Origin: Candidatus Bathyarchaeota archaeon
Lineage (GTDB): Archaea > Thermoproteota > Bathyarchaeia > Bathyarchaeales > Bathycorpusculaceae
Length of the DNA stretch: 64,000 nucleotides
Direction: 5' to 3'
Assembly (NCBI GenBank): GCA_963702095.1
Contig: OY969706.1
Coordinates: forward strand, 2,336,001-2,400,000
A program made the translations under genes and the position numbers. Below are positions 49,332 through 59,940 of this stretch, piece after piece. The notes under the pieces were generated by a model. It saw only the letters and a list, made by a program, of their open reading frames with translations. It searched no databases and was not told where the DNA came from. The stretch's first letter is position 1; each line of letters begins with the position of its first letter.

Positions 49332-49910
49332 ATGACAGTCGCCCAAAACGTCCGAAACCACCTCAGAAACAAGCCGTATCTTCTCGAAGCACTAGAAAAG
49401 GGCATCGTTAACCTAAGTGAGCTTTCAAGGCAGCTGCAGACGGAACTAAAAAGTGAAGATACAAGCGCCATAAAAGCCGCCCTGCGCCGCTACAGCGAAG
49501 AACTCCAGAAGCACCGCCAAAAGAGAGAGGAAAAAGTTTTGGCGCTCCTTAGACGTAGCGGCATAGCAGTCTACGACCGCAAATCAGTAATGATAACTGG
49601 AAAAGAGCTCGAAACCAAAACAGGCATGAAAGTGGATTTGCTCGACAAGTACGTTTACCTCTTGGACCGAAGCGATTTGCCCGAGCGAATTTCTTCGTTG
49701 GTTAAGCATGAGAACTGCACGATGATTGTGGTGCATTCCCCCGAGGAGTTGGAGAATACACCGGGGGTCGTCGCTTTTCTGGCTACGCTATTGGCGGAGC
49801 AGAACGTGAACATCGTCGAGTTCATTTCCTGCTGGACAGAAACCATAATGGTGGTTGAGAAGAAGGATAGCCTCAAAACCTACGAGGTACTATCAAACCT
49901 AGTCGGCTAA
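49332..49910 (+). CDS. HTH-like plus ACT domain protein (putative amino-acid-sensing regulator)
   Basis: GIVNLSELSR...AIKAALRRY N-domain; TPGVVAFL...LAEQNVNIVEFIS ACT domain. Confidence 0.8.
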   Translation: MTVAQNVRNHLRNKPYLLEALEKGIVNLSELSRQLQTELKSEDTSAIKAALRRYSEELQKHRQKREEKVLALLRRSGIAVYDRKSVMITGKELETKTGMKVDLLDKYVYLLDRSDLPERISSLVKHENCTMIVVHSPEELENTPGVVAFLATLLAEQNVNIVEFISCWTETIMVVEKKDSLKTYEVLSNLVG

Positions 49911-49923
49911 GGGTAATGAGCGT

Positions 49924-50331
49924 TTAGTGGATTCTTTCAGTTAAACCGTCGAAGCCATGGTCAAAGCTCATTATCTGTTTTATGCCTCGACTCTCCATCA
50001 ATGCTAAAGAGTTACAGTCGGTAAAGCTAAGGGGTTTATCTTTAAAGTCCCTGAATTTTTTCCATGTATGATTAAATGCATCCTCTGTTACCCATATTTT
50101 AGTGATGCGAGGAGATTCAATGATGTATTTTCCTAAGTCGATGGCTAAATCTTTTCGTTTTGTTCGAGCTAAAGCGGTAGTTACTGCTTCATCGATGATG
50201 TAGTCGGATGTGAATATTGCCCCAAAATCGCCATTTAGGGCTTGCTTGAAGAGTTCTCTGGCTCTTGAGTGATGGTTGTCAACGCTGTTGTTTAATGCAA
50301 CAAAAATGCCGGTATCAACAAAAACAGCCAT
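49924..50331 (-). CDS. vapC: PIN-domain toxin
   Basis: VFVDTG, IIDE, LSFTDC, SFDHGF. Confidence 0.9.
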   Translation of the reverse strand: MAVFVDTGIFVALNNSVDNHHSRARELFKQALNGDFGAIFTSDYIIDEAVTTALARTKRKDLAIDLGKYIIESPRITKIWVTEDAFNHTWKKFRDFKDKPLSFTDCNSLALMESRGIKQIMSFDHGFDGLTERIH

Positions 50332-50340
50332 GGTTATCTA

Positions 50341-50613
50341 TCAACCGTAGAGTACTTCGTCGATTTTTTCTGACGCGTCTTTTACGCCCCAGTTTTTGGG
50401 TTTCTCAAGTAAGTTCCAGGCGGGGTCTTCTTCTAAGGGGGGAAGTGCTTGGAACTGTTGCATGAATTCCTCTTCGTCTTCTAGCGCGTGGTCTATCATT
50501 GCGCCGACGGCTTCTTGTATGGTTACTTTTTTGCCTTCACGGAGGTATAGTTTTGCTAAGAAGCGGTCAAGCTTTTGTTTTTTGCAGTCGTCGATTTTTA
50601 TTGTAAGTGTCAT
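50341..50613 (-). CDS. vapB: Putative antitoxin
   Basis: Small acidic protein upstream of the PIN gene; DASEKIDEVLYG C-terminus. Confidence 0.75.
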   Translation of the reverse strand: MTLTIKIDDCKKQKLDRFLAKLYLREGKKVTIQEAVGAMIDHALEDEEEFMQQFQALPPLEEDPAWNLLEKPKNWGVKDASEKIDEVLYG

Positions 50614-50825
50614 AGTGGAATAGTGTAAAATAACACTAAAATACCTTTGCGAGAATACAAATCGGAAGCCCTTGAACTGCCAACCGAATTCCACCAATTT
50701 TAGCTAATAACTAAACTCCTCAATAGCATCCTTGAATGTAGGCATCTTTGCCGGAGCTCATTGCTTCGTTGGTTATCTAACGGAGCAGAACTGCTTTATC
50801 TTACCTCTGGAACAGCTTGCCTAAA

Positions 50826-51086
50826 TCGCCACAACCAATCTACAACTAGGCACAGATGCAGAAACTGAAACGCAATGTTAACCTGAGCCTGTTGGTTGTT
50901 GTTGTGTATAGGGGGTTTTTCCCTACTACTAACAATAGAAAAAAATTGAAGCGGCTTAAGCGGAACTGCATCTGCTTGAGGAAACCGCCACAACCAGCCA
51001 GCAACCCAACCCAGACGCAGATACCAAAAAGCAACCTCCAGATGATGAGCAAGGGCGGAACTCTCTTCTTCTAATACTAGAAAAAT
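50826..51086 (-). repeat. Dispersed repeat family 1, two tandem copies (E about 50826..50947, D about 50971..51086)
   Basis: D: TTCTAGTATTAGAAGAAGAGAGTTCCGCCCTTGCTCATCATC...TGCTGGCTGGTTGTGGCGGTTTCCTCAAGCAGA; E: TTCTATTGTTAGTAGTAGGG...CCCTATACACAACAACAACCAACAG. Confidence 0.8.
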
Positions 51087-51199
51087 GGAAAACAGGTTGC
51101 TGCTTAATCTTAGGCTACACCAAAATTATTAATTCCACCGCTGATACTTCTCTGACTATACCCCTAATCTAGTCGCAAGTCCAATGGAGATGCAACAGT

Positions 51200-52444
51200 T
51201 TGGTACATCAAGAATGCATAAACTGCAAAACCGCCTACGACATAGATGAGATACTGTATTTCTGCAGAAAATGCGGAGACATCCTAGAAGTCAAGTTTGA
51301 ACATGGCGAGTTAGCCGAAGCTGCCAAAGCAAGCGACTGGAAAACCAAGCCGCTCTCTGTTTGGCGGTACCGCCCGTTTATGCCCATCCATGAATCCACA
51401 AAACTCGTAACCCTCGGCGAAGGCGGCACTGGACTACACCGCTCGGAACGCCTGGGCAACGAGTTAGGCATCAAAAGCCTCTACATCAAAAACGAGGGCG
51501 AAAACCCCACAGGCAGCTTCAAAGACCGAGGCATGACAGTGGGCGTCACCAAAGCCGTCGAACTCGGCGCACGCCACGTAATCTGTGCATCCACAGGCAA
51601 CACCAGCGCAGCCCTCGCCGCATACGCCGCCAGAGCAGGCATCCGCTGCACAGTCCTCATCCCATCAGGCAAAATCGCCTACGGCAAACTCAGCCAAGCC
51701 ATGATCCACGGCGCCAAAGTGCTGCAAGTCAAAGGCAACTTCGACGAAGCACTGGAATTCGTGCTTAAACTCGCCGAGAAACACAAAGACATTTACCTGC
51801 TTAACTCAATCAACCCCTTCCGAATCGAAGGGCAGAAATCGTTGGGCTATGAAATCTGTGAACAACTAAACAACGAAGCCCCTGATCGTATCGTCATCCC
51901 CGTGGGCAACGCGGGCAACATCAGCGCCGTCTGGAAAGGTCTCAAAGAATTCAAGGAACTGGGATTAATCAATAAACTGCCCAAAATGACCGGCATCCAA
52001 GCCGCAGGCTCCGCACCCATCGCACAAGCCATCAAAGCGGGCAGCGACAAAATCACCCCAGTGGAAAACCCCGAAACCATAGCCACAGCCATCCGCATAG
52101 GCGCACCTGTAAGCTGGAAAAAAGCCGTCCACGCCATCCGCGAATCCCAAGGCACAGCCGAAACCGTAACCGACGACGAAATCCTCGATGCACAGAAGAC
52201 GTTGGCGAGGGTTGAGGGCATCTTTGTGGAGCCCGCTTCAGCTTCATCCATTGCTGGCCTCAAGAAGCTAATCCACAAAGGCATCATAATGGCAGATGAA
52301 AAAGTTGTCTGCATCACTACGGGTCACGGCTTAAAAGACCCAGATACAGCGATTAAGCAAAGCGAGAAACCCATCGAAGTTGACGCTGAAATAGGGGCGA
52401 TTGAAGCTGCCCTGGGCTTAAAACAGGCAATCCTTGCACGGTGA
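51200..52444 (+). CDS. thrC: Threonine synthase
   Basis: NPTGSFKDRG, ASTGNT, PVGNAGN, TGHGLKD. Confidence 0.95.
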   Translation: MVHQECINCKTAYDIDEILYFCRKCGDILEVKFEHGELAEAAKASDWKTKPLSVWRYRPFMPIHESTKLVTLGEGGTGLHRSERLGNELGIKSLYIKNEGENPTGSFKDRGMTVGVTKAVELGARHVICASTGNTSAALAAYAARAGIRCTVLIPSGKIAYGKLSQAMIHGAKVLQVKGNFDEALEFVLKLAEKHKDIYLLNSINPFRIEGQKSLGYEICEQLNNEAPDRIVIPVGNAGNISAVWKGLKEFKELGLINKLPKMTGIQAAGSAPIAQAIKAGSDKITPVENPETIATAIRIGAPVSWKKAVHAIRESQGTAETVTDDEILDAQKTLARVEGIFVEPASASSIAGLKKLIHKGIIMADEKVVCITTGHGLKDPDTAIKQSEKPIEVDAEIGAIEAALGLKQAILAR

Positions 52445-52451
52445 ATTATCG

Positions 52452-53482
52452 ATGAGAATTATACTTGTGGGATACGGCGTTGTCGGTAAAGGTGTATCGA
52501 CGATTCTGGCTAAGCGGACAGTCGAGAAAGGCAAAGACTACGGGTTTAACCCCAAAATCGTCGCCATCGCAGACATCGACGGCGCAGTCATCAACCCCCG
52601 GGGGTTTAGCCCTGAGAAGCTCGAGGCGATAAAGCAGAAGGGGTACCCGATTTCTGGTGACCCAGAATATGGGCATAAAGGCATTAAGGCACTTGACGTG
52701 ATTGAATCCGTTGAAGCCGAAGTCGTCGTCGAAGTCACCCCGGTCAACATCCAAACCGCAGAGCCTGCGCTTTCGCATATCACAACAGCTTTCAAAACAG
52801 GCAAACACGTCGTTACAACCAACAAAGGCCCCTCGCCCTTGCCATGCCAGCCCTCACAGAACTCGCCGAGTACAACAACGTGTATTTCCGTTTCAGCGGC
52901 ACAGTCGGCGGCGGCACCCCCATGCTGGAATTCGCCAAACGCTGCCTAGCAGGCGACCGCATCCTCGGAGTCAAAGGCATCCTAAACGGCACCACCAACT
53001 ACATCCTCACTGAGATGGGGCAGAACCGCGTCACCTTCCAAGACGCCCTCTCAAACGCCCAGAAACTCGGCTACGCGGAAAGGGAACCATCCATGGACAT
53101 CGACGGCTTCGACACCGCATGCAAAACCGTCATCTTAGCAAACTGGATACTTAACCAGAAAATCACTCTAAAAGATGTGGACCGCGTGGGCATCCGCGGC
53201 GTCACCTTAGACAGGCTTGACGAAGCCGCAAAACGGGGCAACACTGTCAAACTCATCGGCGCCTTAGACGGCACCAGCAAACCAGTTGTGAAACCTACGG
53301 AAATCCCCAAAACCAATCCGCTCTGCGTCAGCGGAGTTTTAAACGCCGTCACCTACCAATGTGAATTCGCCGCTGAACAAACCATCATCGGCAGAGGCGC
53401 AGGCTCAATAGAGACGGCTGGCGCTGTTTTGAGGGACCTCTTAGACATAAGACATAAGTTAGCAACTAAACTACTAACGTAG
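52452..53482 (+). CDS. hom: Homoserine dehydrogenase; apparent 1-nt frameshift near 52830
   Basis: GYGVVG...HVVTTNKGP|LA join; GILNGTTNYIL, GYAE, GRGAG. Confidence 0.92.
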
Positions 53483-53501
53483 ACGAAAAGTGATTTGAGC
53501 C

Positions 53502-54911
53502 ATGAAAATCGTGATGAAGTTCGGTGGAACCAGTGTTGGCACAGGCGACAGCATCCGCCACGTAGCCGAGTTAGTTACCCAATACGCCAAAAAAAACAAC
53601 AGCGTAGCAGTAGTTGTTTCTGCGTTGGCAGGCGTCACTAACGAGTTAATCGAGACAGGGTGCAAAGCAAAAAAAAGCGATGAGAAACACATCCAAGCAT
53701 TCACCGCCAACCTCCTAAAGAAACACAAAGAAGCCATTGCAACCGCCATAACTAGCAAAACCATTCAAAAAGAAGTCACAGAAAACACGGAGAAAACCAT
53801 CGCTGAACTCGAAAAAGTCTTAACAGGCATCTGCTACGTCGGCGAACTCACACCTAAAAGCAAAGACTACGTGATGTCTTTTGGCGAACGCCTCTCTGCG
53901 CCGATTGTTTCAGGAGCCATAAGAGACCAAGAGGCAAAAAGCCAATTCTTCACAGGCAAAGACGCAGGCATCGTGACTGACAGCAACTTCGGCGACGCAG
54001 ACCCACTTATGAATTACACCACGCATTTAATCCGCGAACGGCTTGGACCAATAATGGAGGGTGGAGTCATCCCAGTTGTCACAGGCTTCATAGCTGCAAA
54101 CCAAGACGGAGTAGTCACCACCGTCGGACGCGGAGGCTCAGACTACACCGCCACTATCCTGGGCGTAGCGTTGCAAGCCGACGAAGTTTGGATTTGGACA
54201 GACGTGGACGGCATAATGACCACTGACCCCAAACTGGTGCCAGCCGCCCGCATGCTACCGCAACTCAGTTATCAGGAAGCCGCGGAAATGGCGATTTTCG
54301 GAGCCAAAGCCATGCATCCCCGTGCACTCGGACCCGTAAGCAAAGCCAACATTCCAGTGAGAATCCGCAGCACCGCCAACCCCCAAAACACGGGCACACT
54401 CATCACTAAAGAACCAGCGCAAAACCAAAACAAACCAGTCAAAGCAGTCGCCATGATAAAAGACGTAGCCATGCTAAACGTGTACGGAGCCGCCATGGTC
54501 GGTGCACCGGGCAGCTATGCCAGAGTCTTCGATGTTTTGGGCAAAAACGGCATCAACGTCATGATGCTGTCTGCAGCCGCGTCAGAAGCCAACATTTCAA
54601 TGATAATCAAACGTGGACTGCTGGGCAGAGCCATCAGCAACCTTGAAATCGCCTTGCAAGAGCGCGGCGGCATCGTAAGCGAAGTTTCCGCCGAAGACGA
54701 CGTCGCAGTCATCGCAGTTATGGGCGCCTATATGAAGGGCACCTTGGGTGTAGCCTCAAAAATCTTTGAGACAGTTGCCAAGAAAAGCATAAACATCCGC
54801 ATGATTGCACAGGGTAGTTCAGAACTCAACATCAGTTTCGTCGTGAAAGAGAAAGACGGGCAAGCTGTTGTCCGAGCGATTCATGAAGAATTCAACTTAG
54901 ACAAAGCTTGA
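53502..54911 (+). CDS. lysC: Aspartate kinase with two ACT domains
   Basis: MKFGGTSV, GRGGSDYTA, WTDVDG, QGSSE. Confidence 0.95.
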   Translation: MKIVMKFGGTSVGTGDSIRHVAELVTQYAKKNNSVAVVVSALAGVTNELIETGCKAKKSDEKHIQAFTANLLKKHKEAIATAITSKTIQKEVTENTEKTIAELEKVLTGICYVGELTPKSKDYVMSFGERLSAPIVSGAIRDQEAKSQFFTGKDAGIVTDSNFGDADPLMNYTTHLIRERLGPIMEGGVIPVVTGFIAANQDGVVTTVGRGGSDYTATILGVALQADEVWIWTDVDGIMTTDPKLVPAARMLPQLSYQEAAEMAIFGAKAMHPRALGPVSKANIPVRIRSTANPQNTGTLITKEPAQNQNKPVKAVAMIKDVAMLNVYGAAMVGAPGSYARVFDVLGKNGINVMMLSAAASEANISMIIKRGLLGRAISNLEIALQERGGIVSEVSAEDDVAVIAVMGAYMKGTLGVASKIFETVAKKSINIRMIAQGSSELNISFVVKEKDGQAVVRAIHEEFNLDKA

Positions 54912-55013
54912 AGTAAATACTGAGATAAAAAGCCCTAAACTTTTTGTTCTAATTTTCTATTTTGCAGTTTTGAAAAAGAAAAAAGGAAAGGGGATTTTGT
55001 TGCGGTTGCTTTT

Positions 55014-57736
55014 TTAGTGTTTTCTTAGCACTAGCACGCCGACTATGGCAATTGCAATTACGATGATGATTACGCCGATTGCCATGTAGGTTATCAGGTC
55101 AGTGGTTGTTGCTACGCCAGGGGCGGTGTCGTTGAGGGACCAGAAGTGGCAGCTGCTTCGCTTGCAGTGAAGTGTCCTATAGCAGACGACGGCCAATACG
55201 AGTTAGAACCTGCAAAGCTGGCAACAACTTCGAAGTCGCCTGAAATGTCGGGGGTCCATGTGAAAGAGTATGTTCCGTCGACTGAAGTGGTTTGGCCGAT
55301 TTGGCGGTAGTTGCCGTTGCTGTCTACGACGCTGATAATGACTGGAACGCCAGAGGTGTTGCTTGGCAGTGGTTGTTGCTCATAGACGTATTCCATCCAG
55401 AGGCTCTGACTCTCGTCTGAGACACAGGGTAAGCCATTTGGGAACCGTAATGCGACTTCGTTTTGCTTTGTCATTGTTACATCAGGTTGCACTAATGCTC
55501 GTGTGCCAGGAGACACATCCGTTATGGTGCCAGTAATGCTGATTGATGTGGCAGTTGTGACTCCGACACTGGGCGCTGAAATAGTCATAGCAGTGGGTCC
55601 TTTGCCAAAAGCGTACAGCATGTTGTCGTAGGCGTTTAGTGACAGAATGATGCCATATGCGATCGATGTTGAGGTGACTGATGTATCCAGTATCTTCCAT
55701 CCTAGTGAGCCGTCAGTCCAGTTGAGAGCCAGTAGTTGCGCTCCGTGGAATAGCGGCGGGTTGTATTCGTGGCCTACAGTGACATATGCAAAGTCATTGT
55801 CTGCGCATTGACTGCTGAAAACCCATAAGGGCCAAATTGCGTATGGAGTTTCCAAACCGGGGTTGCCTAGAATATCGTTTGTAGTTGTCAGCCATTTTAC
55901 GTTTCCGTTTGCTGTGTCTATACACCAGACTTCTCCGCCGAAGCCTATTAGTGCAATGCTGGCGTTGGGTCCGTTTAAGCTTCTGAGGCCGAATACTGTG
56001 TAGCCGTGTGGAAGATCACCATTTGCATCTCGTAGCTCTTGTGACCAAGCGTGGTTGCCAGTGCGTGCATCAAGTGCGTATACGTCAGCAAATGCCAAGT
56101 TCGCCAGTAAAACCTTGCCGTCCTGTATGTATAAGTTAACTCTTGAGTCTGTGGCTAATGTGTCAGTTTCTGAAGCGGTTACGTTGCGAGCCCATAGTTG
56201 AGCGCCTGTTGTGGCGTCCATTGCACCTATGACTAGCCAGCCGTTCATTTGTCCGCCGAAGCCCTGTCCGAAAGTATAGCCTGCGGTCATTACAACTGCG
56301 TTGTCGGTTATGCCGTTTATTGCCATAACTGGGTTTCCTGAAGCGCCTGTGTTGATGGTGTATCCTCCGGTACTTGTGACGTTGGGTAGGGGTGCAGTCC
56401 ACATGACGCCTGTTTGCCAATCACGAACCGTGTTTCTTGCTGGTTGCCAAGAGCCACCGGTTTGTCCGATAGCCATTGTCATGTTCCAGCATGTCAAGTG
56501 TGGTCCTGTGCTTGTGGTCATGACAGTTTGCCCTGGGACTGGATATGTGGGTTCTGTGCCAGAAGTAGCGTTGATGTAGTAGCCGATTATATCTCCTTGG
56601 TCGTCAGTGGTAAGTGCGGGGGTGGTACCGTTAACGATGCTGAGCATGTATTGTCCAGTTAATCCTTGGTACATGTTCCATTGTACAAATCGATCTGATG
56701 TGCCCATTATACCCAATGTGCCACTAAAGCCATTACTATTGTTGGGTATAGTTCCACCAGTGTCTGCTGCGGGGAGGGTGCCTGTCGTCCAGATGAATGG
56801 ACCGATAACACCGTATTGGTTGATTTGGTGGTATTGTGTATTCATGCCGCATCTCAATGGATTGGTTGTGTTTATGGTCCATAGTGTTTGTCCAGTGTAT
56901 ATGTCAACAGCTTGAATGCCTTGTCCCATGTTAGTTCCCATTGTTGTGGGGAACCACTGAGAATACATGATGCCATTCATTATGACGGGTGCATATTTCG
57001 GTTGGTACTGCGAAGTTGACCAGTAGTTGCTGCTTTCAGTTCCACCTGCGTCTCCTCCAGCTACACCGCCTGAAGCCCAAATCTTTGTCCAGAGGACATG
57101 TCCAGACATTACTGATTGAGTGTAGGGGTTGTAGTTGCCAGTGTAGTTGTAGCCACCTGTTGTTGCGAAAGTAACTGAGCCATAGCCAAGCCATGGTCCA
57201 GTTATTTTATACCAGTTTTGAACGTTTTCAGCGGTAACTGGAGTTTGCCAATATTCTGTCGGGAGTGGAGTAACTGCATAGTAGCCCAGCTGTATGGGTT
57301 CTTCCTGTACTGTAACCACTACTGTGTTACTTGTAGCCGCTAATGCGATGACGCCGTTGGTTAAGGTTTGTTGTCCGAAGTAAGCTACGAATGTATAGTT
57401 TCCTGTAGTTTCCGGAACTATAGTAGTGTACGAGCCTCCGGTAGCATCCGATCTGAACGGTCCGAGGGTGACTTGGGTGCCGTCTGGTTTTGTTTCAACG
57501 ACTGTCCAGTTAGTCGCACTTTCGCTTGTTAACAGCGGTGCGGCGATGAAGAAGTTGAGTGTCAATGTTTGACCGACGCCGATTGGGTTGGGTCCAGCAT
57601 TTATGAAAGCATAGATTGTTTGTGTTTGTCCTGGTGATTTTGGAACCTGACTGTTGATAGGTAGAATAGGGATTGCAATCGATAGGATTAAAAGTAAAGT
57701 AATTGTTGTTGCAAATAGACTTTTCAAAAATTTCAT
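55014..57736 (-). CDS. Large secreted PQQ-like beta-propeller surface protein with C-terminal TM; apparent 1-nt frameshift near 55122
   Basis: Signal peptide; repeated A.D..TG...W blades; YDN..YAFGKGP; TM anchor in the adjacent frame (55014..). Confidence 0.85.
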
Positions 57737-57944
57737 TTCTTCTTTGTTCCTTTATTTTATAGGCGAAAAGCTTTCTAAAAGTTAGCGTTTCGCCATGTGT
57801 TGATTAAAAAAGATATCGTATTTATATTTTTCCATATACCAAGGTACCGTCAAGGTAAAAAGCGACAGCTAAACTAAAAGTACATAAAAAGCATGGGTAT
57901 CACCCGTGTGTTTATCGCTGGTTAAACCACTAAGAGGTTTGGGT

Positions 57945-58316
57945 TTATAGAAGGAAAGGAAGTTCTTTGTTTCCTTCTCTTTCCTGTTGCCAACCGCTGT
58001 CTTTGCCCACTCGCAGCCTGATTCTGGAGACAAGTGTTGATAGTTTACCGGCGCCGGGTTGATAACCGTATTTTGTTTTTAACATCAGAATAGCTATTGT
58101 CTGCACGAACACCACTGAATTGGATGACACCAGTGGCATGTTAGTGACCAAGACACCGTAGGCTAGCCATAGCACGACAGAGGTGCACATGATGCCACAC
58201 ATCAAAGTGGAGATGTCTTTACCTGATTTTGTTCTCCAGACTCTTATTAGCTGCGGAAGCAAAGAAATAGTGCTTAAGGCAGCAGCTACTAAACCTATCA
58301 TGGTTATAATTTCCAT
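57945..58316 (-). CDS. SemiSWEET/PQ-loop transporter
   Basis: LLPQLIRVWRTKS.KDIS, LWLAYG; likely ATG at 58316. Confidence 0.88.
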   Translation of the reverse strand: MEIITMIGLVAAALSTISLLPQLIRVWRTKSGKDISTLMCGIMCTSVVLWLAYGVLVTNMPLVSSNSVVFVQTIAILMLKTKYGYQPGAGKLSTLVSRIRLRVGKDSGWQQEREGNKELPFLL

Positions 58317-58555
58317 GTTTTTCCCTCTCTCCAAGTTCTCCACTAAATGAATGCATGTCTTATTTAACTTTCGATTTTTTAGACTAAAATACCTACAAAA
58401 AAGTATTAAACGAGAATTAATATGATTGGAATTGAATACGGTAAAATGACTAGTTATCAAAAGTTATTAGGCGTGGAACTCAAAGCACGGCTACTCGATC
58501 TTCGGCGCTTTATCGGTAGATGAAAAATCTGCCTGAACTGCTTGTAGTTTGTTCC

Positions 58556-58732
58556 AAACCAGCCAGCAACCAGTTTCCGATGCAGAACACAAAACACAGC
58601 CGCCTATACAATCCACAGGAAGAAGAAGAGTAAGGAGCACTCTGCCTTCATCTAACAATAGAAAACAAAAAAGCCCAAAAATTGATCCAATGTTATACAG
58701 GGGGAGGGAGACTTCGGCAGAGCAGCAACAGA
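58556..58732 (-). repeat. Dispersed repeat family 1, copy F
   Basis: Reverse complement TGCTCTGCCG...CTCCCTCC...TTCTATTGTTAGATGAAG...CCTTACTC...CTGTGTTTTGTGTTC...TGCTGGCTGGTT is colinear with copy A. Confidence 0.8.
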
Positions 58733-58734
58733 AA

Positions 58735-59883
58735 CTAACCCGTCGAGTCCCAATAATAAACCGCCGCACTATACTCCTCCGGAACCGGAAAAGATGGATC
58801 TGCGTAGGCTATGTCCAAAGCGTAACCATACTGGCTCAGCATGGATTCAACACTGCTCCAAACCATCGGCGACACCTCGTCTGGACCCCAGAAACCCCAA
58901 ATCTTATCCTCGGGGTAACGTAACCCGTAACCGTAGTTTTGGGGCAGAACCAAGACGGCTTGTGCAGGGCTGTCGCGGGCGATTTTGCCGGTTGTTATAT
59001 CGGTCCAGAGTTTTTTAAGCGCTTCAAAATGCTCGTCTTCCATGATTCCGTAGGCGCTGCCGTTATAGGGATAGTTGAAGATGGAGATGTATTTGGCTCC
59101 AGCCCGATAAGCGGAGACCATCTGGCTGTAGATTAGGTCGCCGCTTTCCAATTCGGCTGTAGAAGGGCTTTTCCAAGTGACTATGGCACCCCAGTCTTTA
59201 TGCTGAAACGTTGCGGCACCGCGGACTAAGGCGATGTCTTTTGCGGTTGTGTGGTTCCAGCCTAACTCTGCGAAGACGACATCGTAGCCTGAGCGGTAGT
59301 CAAACCAGTAAAGCCCATAGTCAGAGCAGAACATGGGAATGCCTTCATTCTTGAGCAAAATAGTGCCTCCGTCCTGCAACATTTTGCTTTCAAATTCTGC
59401 TGCCACAGAATCGTAGGTTGCATTAGAAGGCAGGGACGGCCAAGCAGTTTTGTCACTGTCAAGGTAGATTCCGCCTCGCTCGTCATAGTAGTACACGCCC
59501 AAGAAATGGTCGCCGTAGGCTTGTTTTGCGTTGCTTACCCATGTGGCACGCCAAGTGAGGTTTTTCTGCGCCAATATGGGTGGGGCGAGGTCGCCGAAGT
59601 AAACGATAATGCTTTGTCCCGAGTTGACGGCGTAGTCGCAGATTTCAGTTGTCGCGGACTCATTGGTGCTGATGGGTCCGGATTGGAGGATAAAGAGGTT
59701 AGTGTAGGCTTTGGTGCGGTCAATGAGCTGTTTTGCCTGCTCCGCGGTGTCTCCGCCGAATGCCGCTCCAACGTAGCATGGGCTGCTTTTGCTGCCGGTA
59801 AGCGATAACTGTTCAAACACTAAAACGCCTACTAAAACAGCTAAGAGCAAAACCGAAAAGCCGATGATCACATGTTTTTTCAA
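58735..59883 (-). CDS. Membrane-anchored conserved hypothetical protein, paralog of 834..2020
   Basis: Shared motifs (see 834..2020). Confidence 0.8.
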   Translation of the reverse strand: MKKHVIIGFSVLLLAVLVGVLVFEQLSLTGSKSSPCYVGAAFGGDTAEQAKQLIDRTKAYTNLFILQSGPISTNESATTEICDYAVNSGQSIIVYFGDLAPPILAQKNLTWRATWVSNAKQAYGDHFLGVYYYDERGGIYLDSDKTAWPSLPSNATYDSVAAEFESKMLQDGGTILLKNEGIPMFCSDYGLYWFDYRSGYDVVFAELGWNHTTAKDIALVRGAATFQHKDWGAIVTWKSPSTAELESGDLIYSQMVSAYRAGAKYISIFNYPYNGSAYGIMEDEHFEALKKLWTDITTGKIARDSPAQAVLVLPQNYGYGLRYPEDKIWGFWGPDEVSPMVWSSVESMLSQYGYALDIAYADPSFPVPEEYSAAVYYWDSTG

Positions 59884-59940
59884 TGCTCTGTCTCCTAGCC
59901 GTGGCTGTTTTTTGTTATAGATTAATATTGAACTCCACGT

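Noticed and set aside
50826-51086. CRISPR-like tandem repeats
   Set aside because: Only two long, degenerate units; no identical 25-40 bp repeats with spacers and no cas genes
51110-51200. Leader peptides upstream of thrC, leuC and the homocysteine operon
   Set aside because: Inspected by hand; no short ORF enriched in the cognate amino acid
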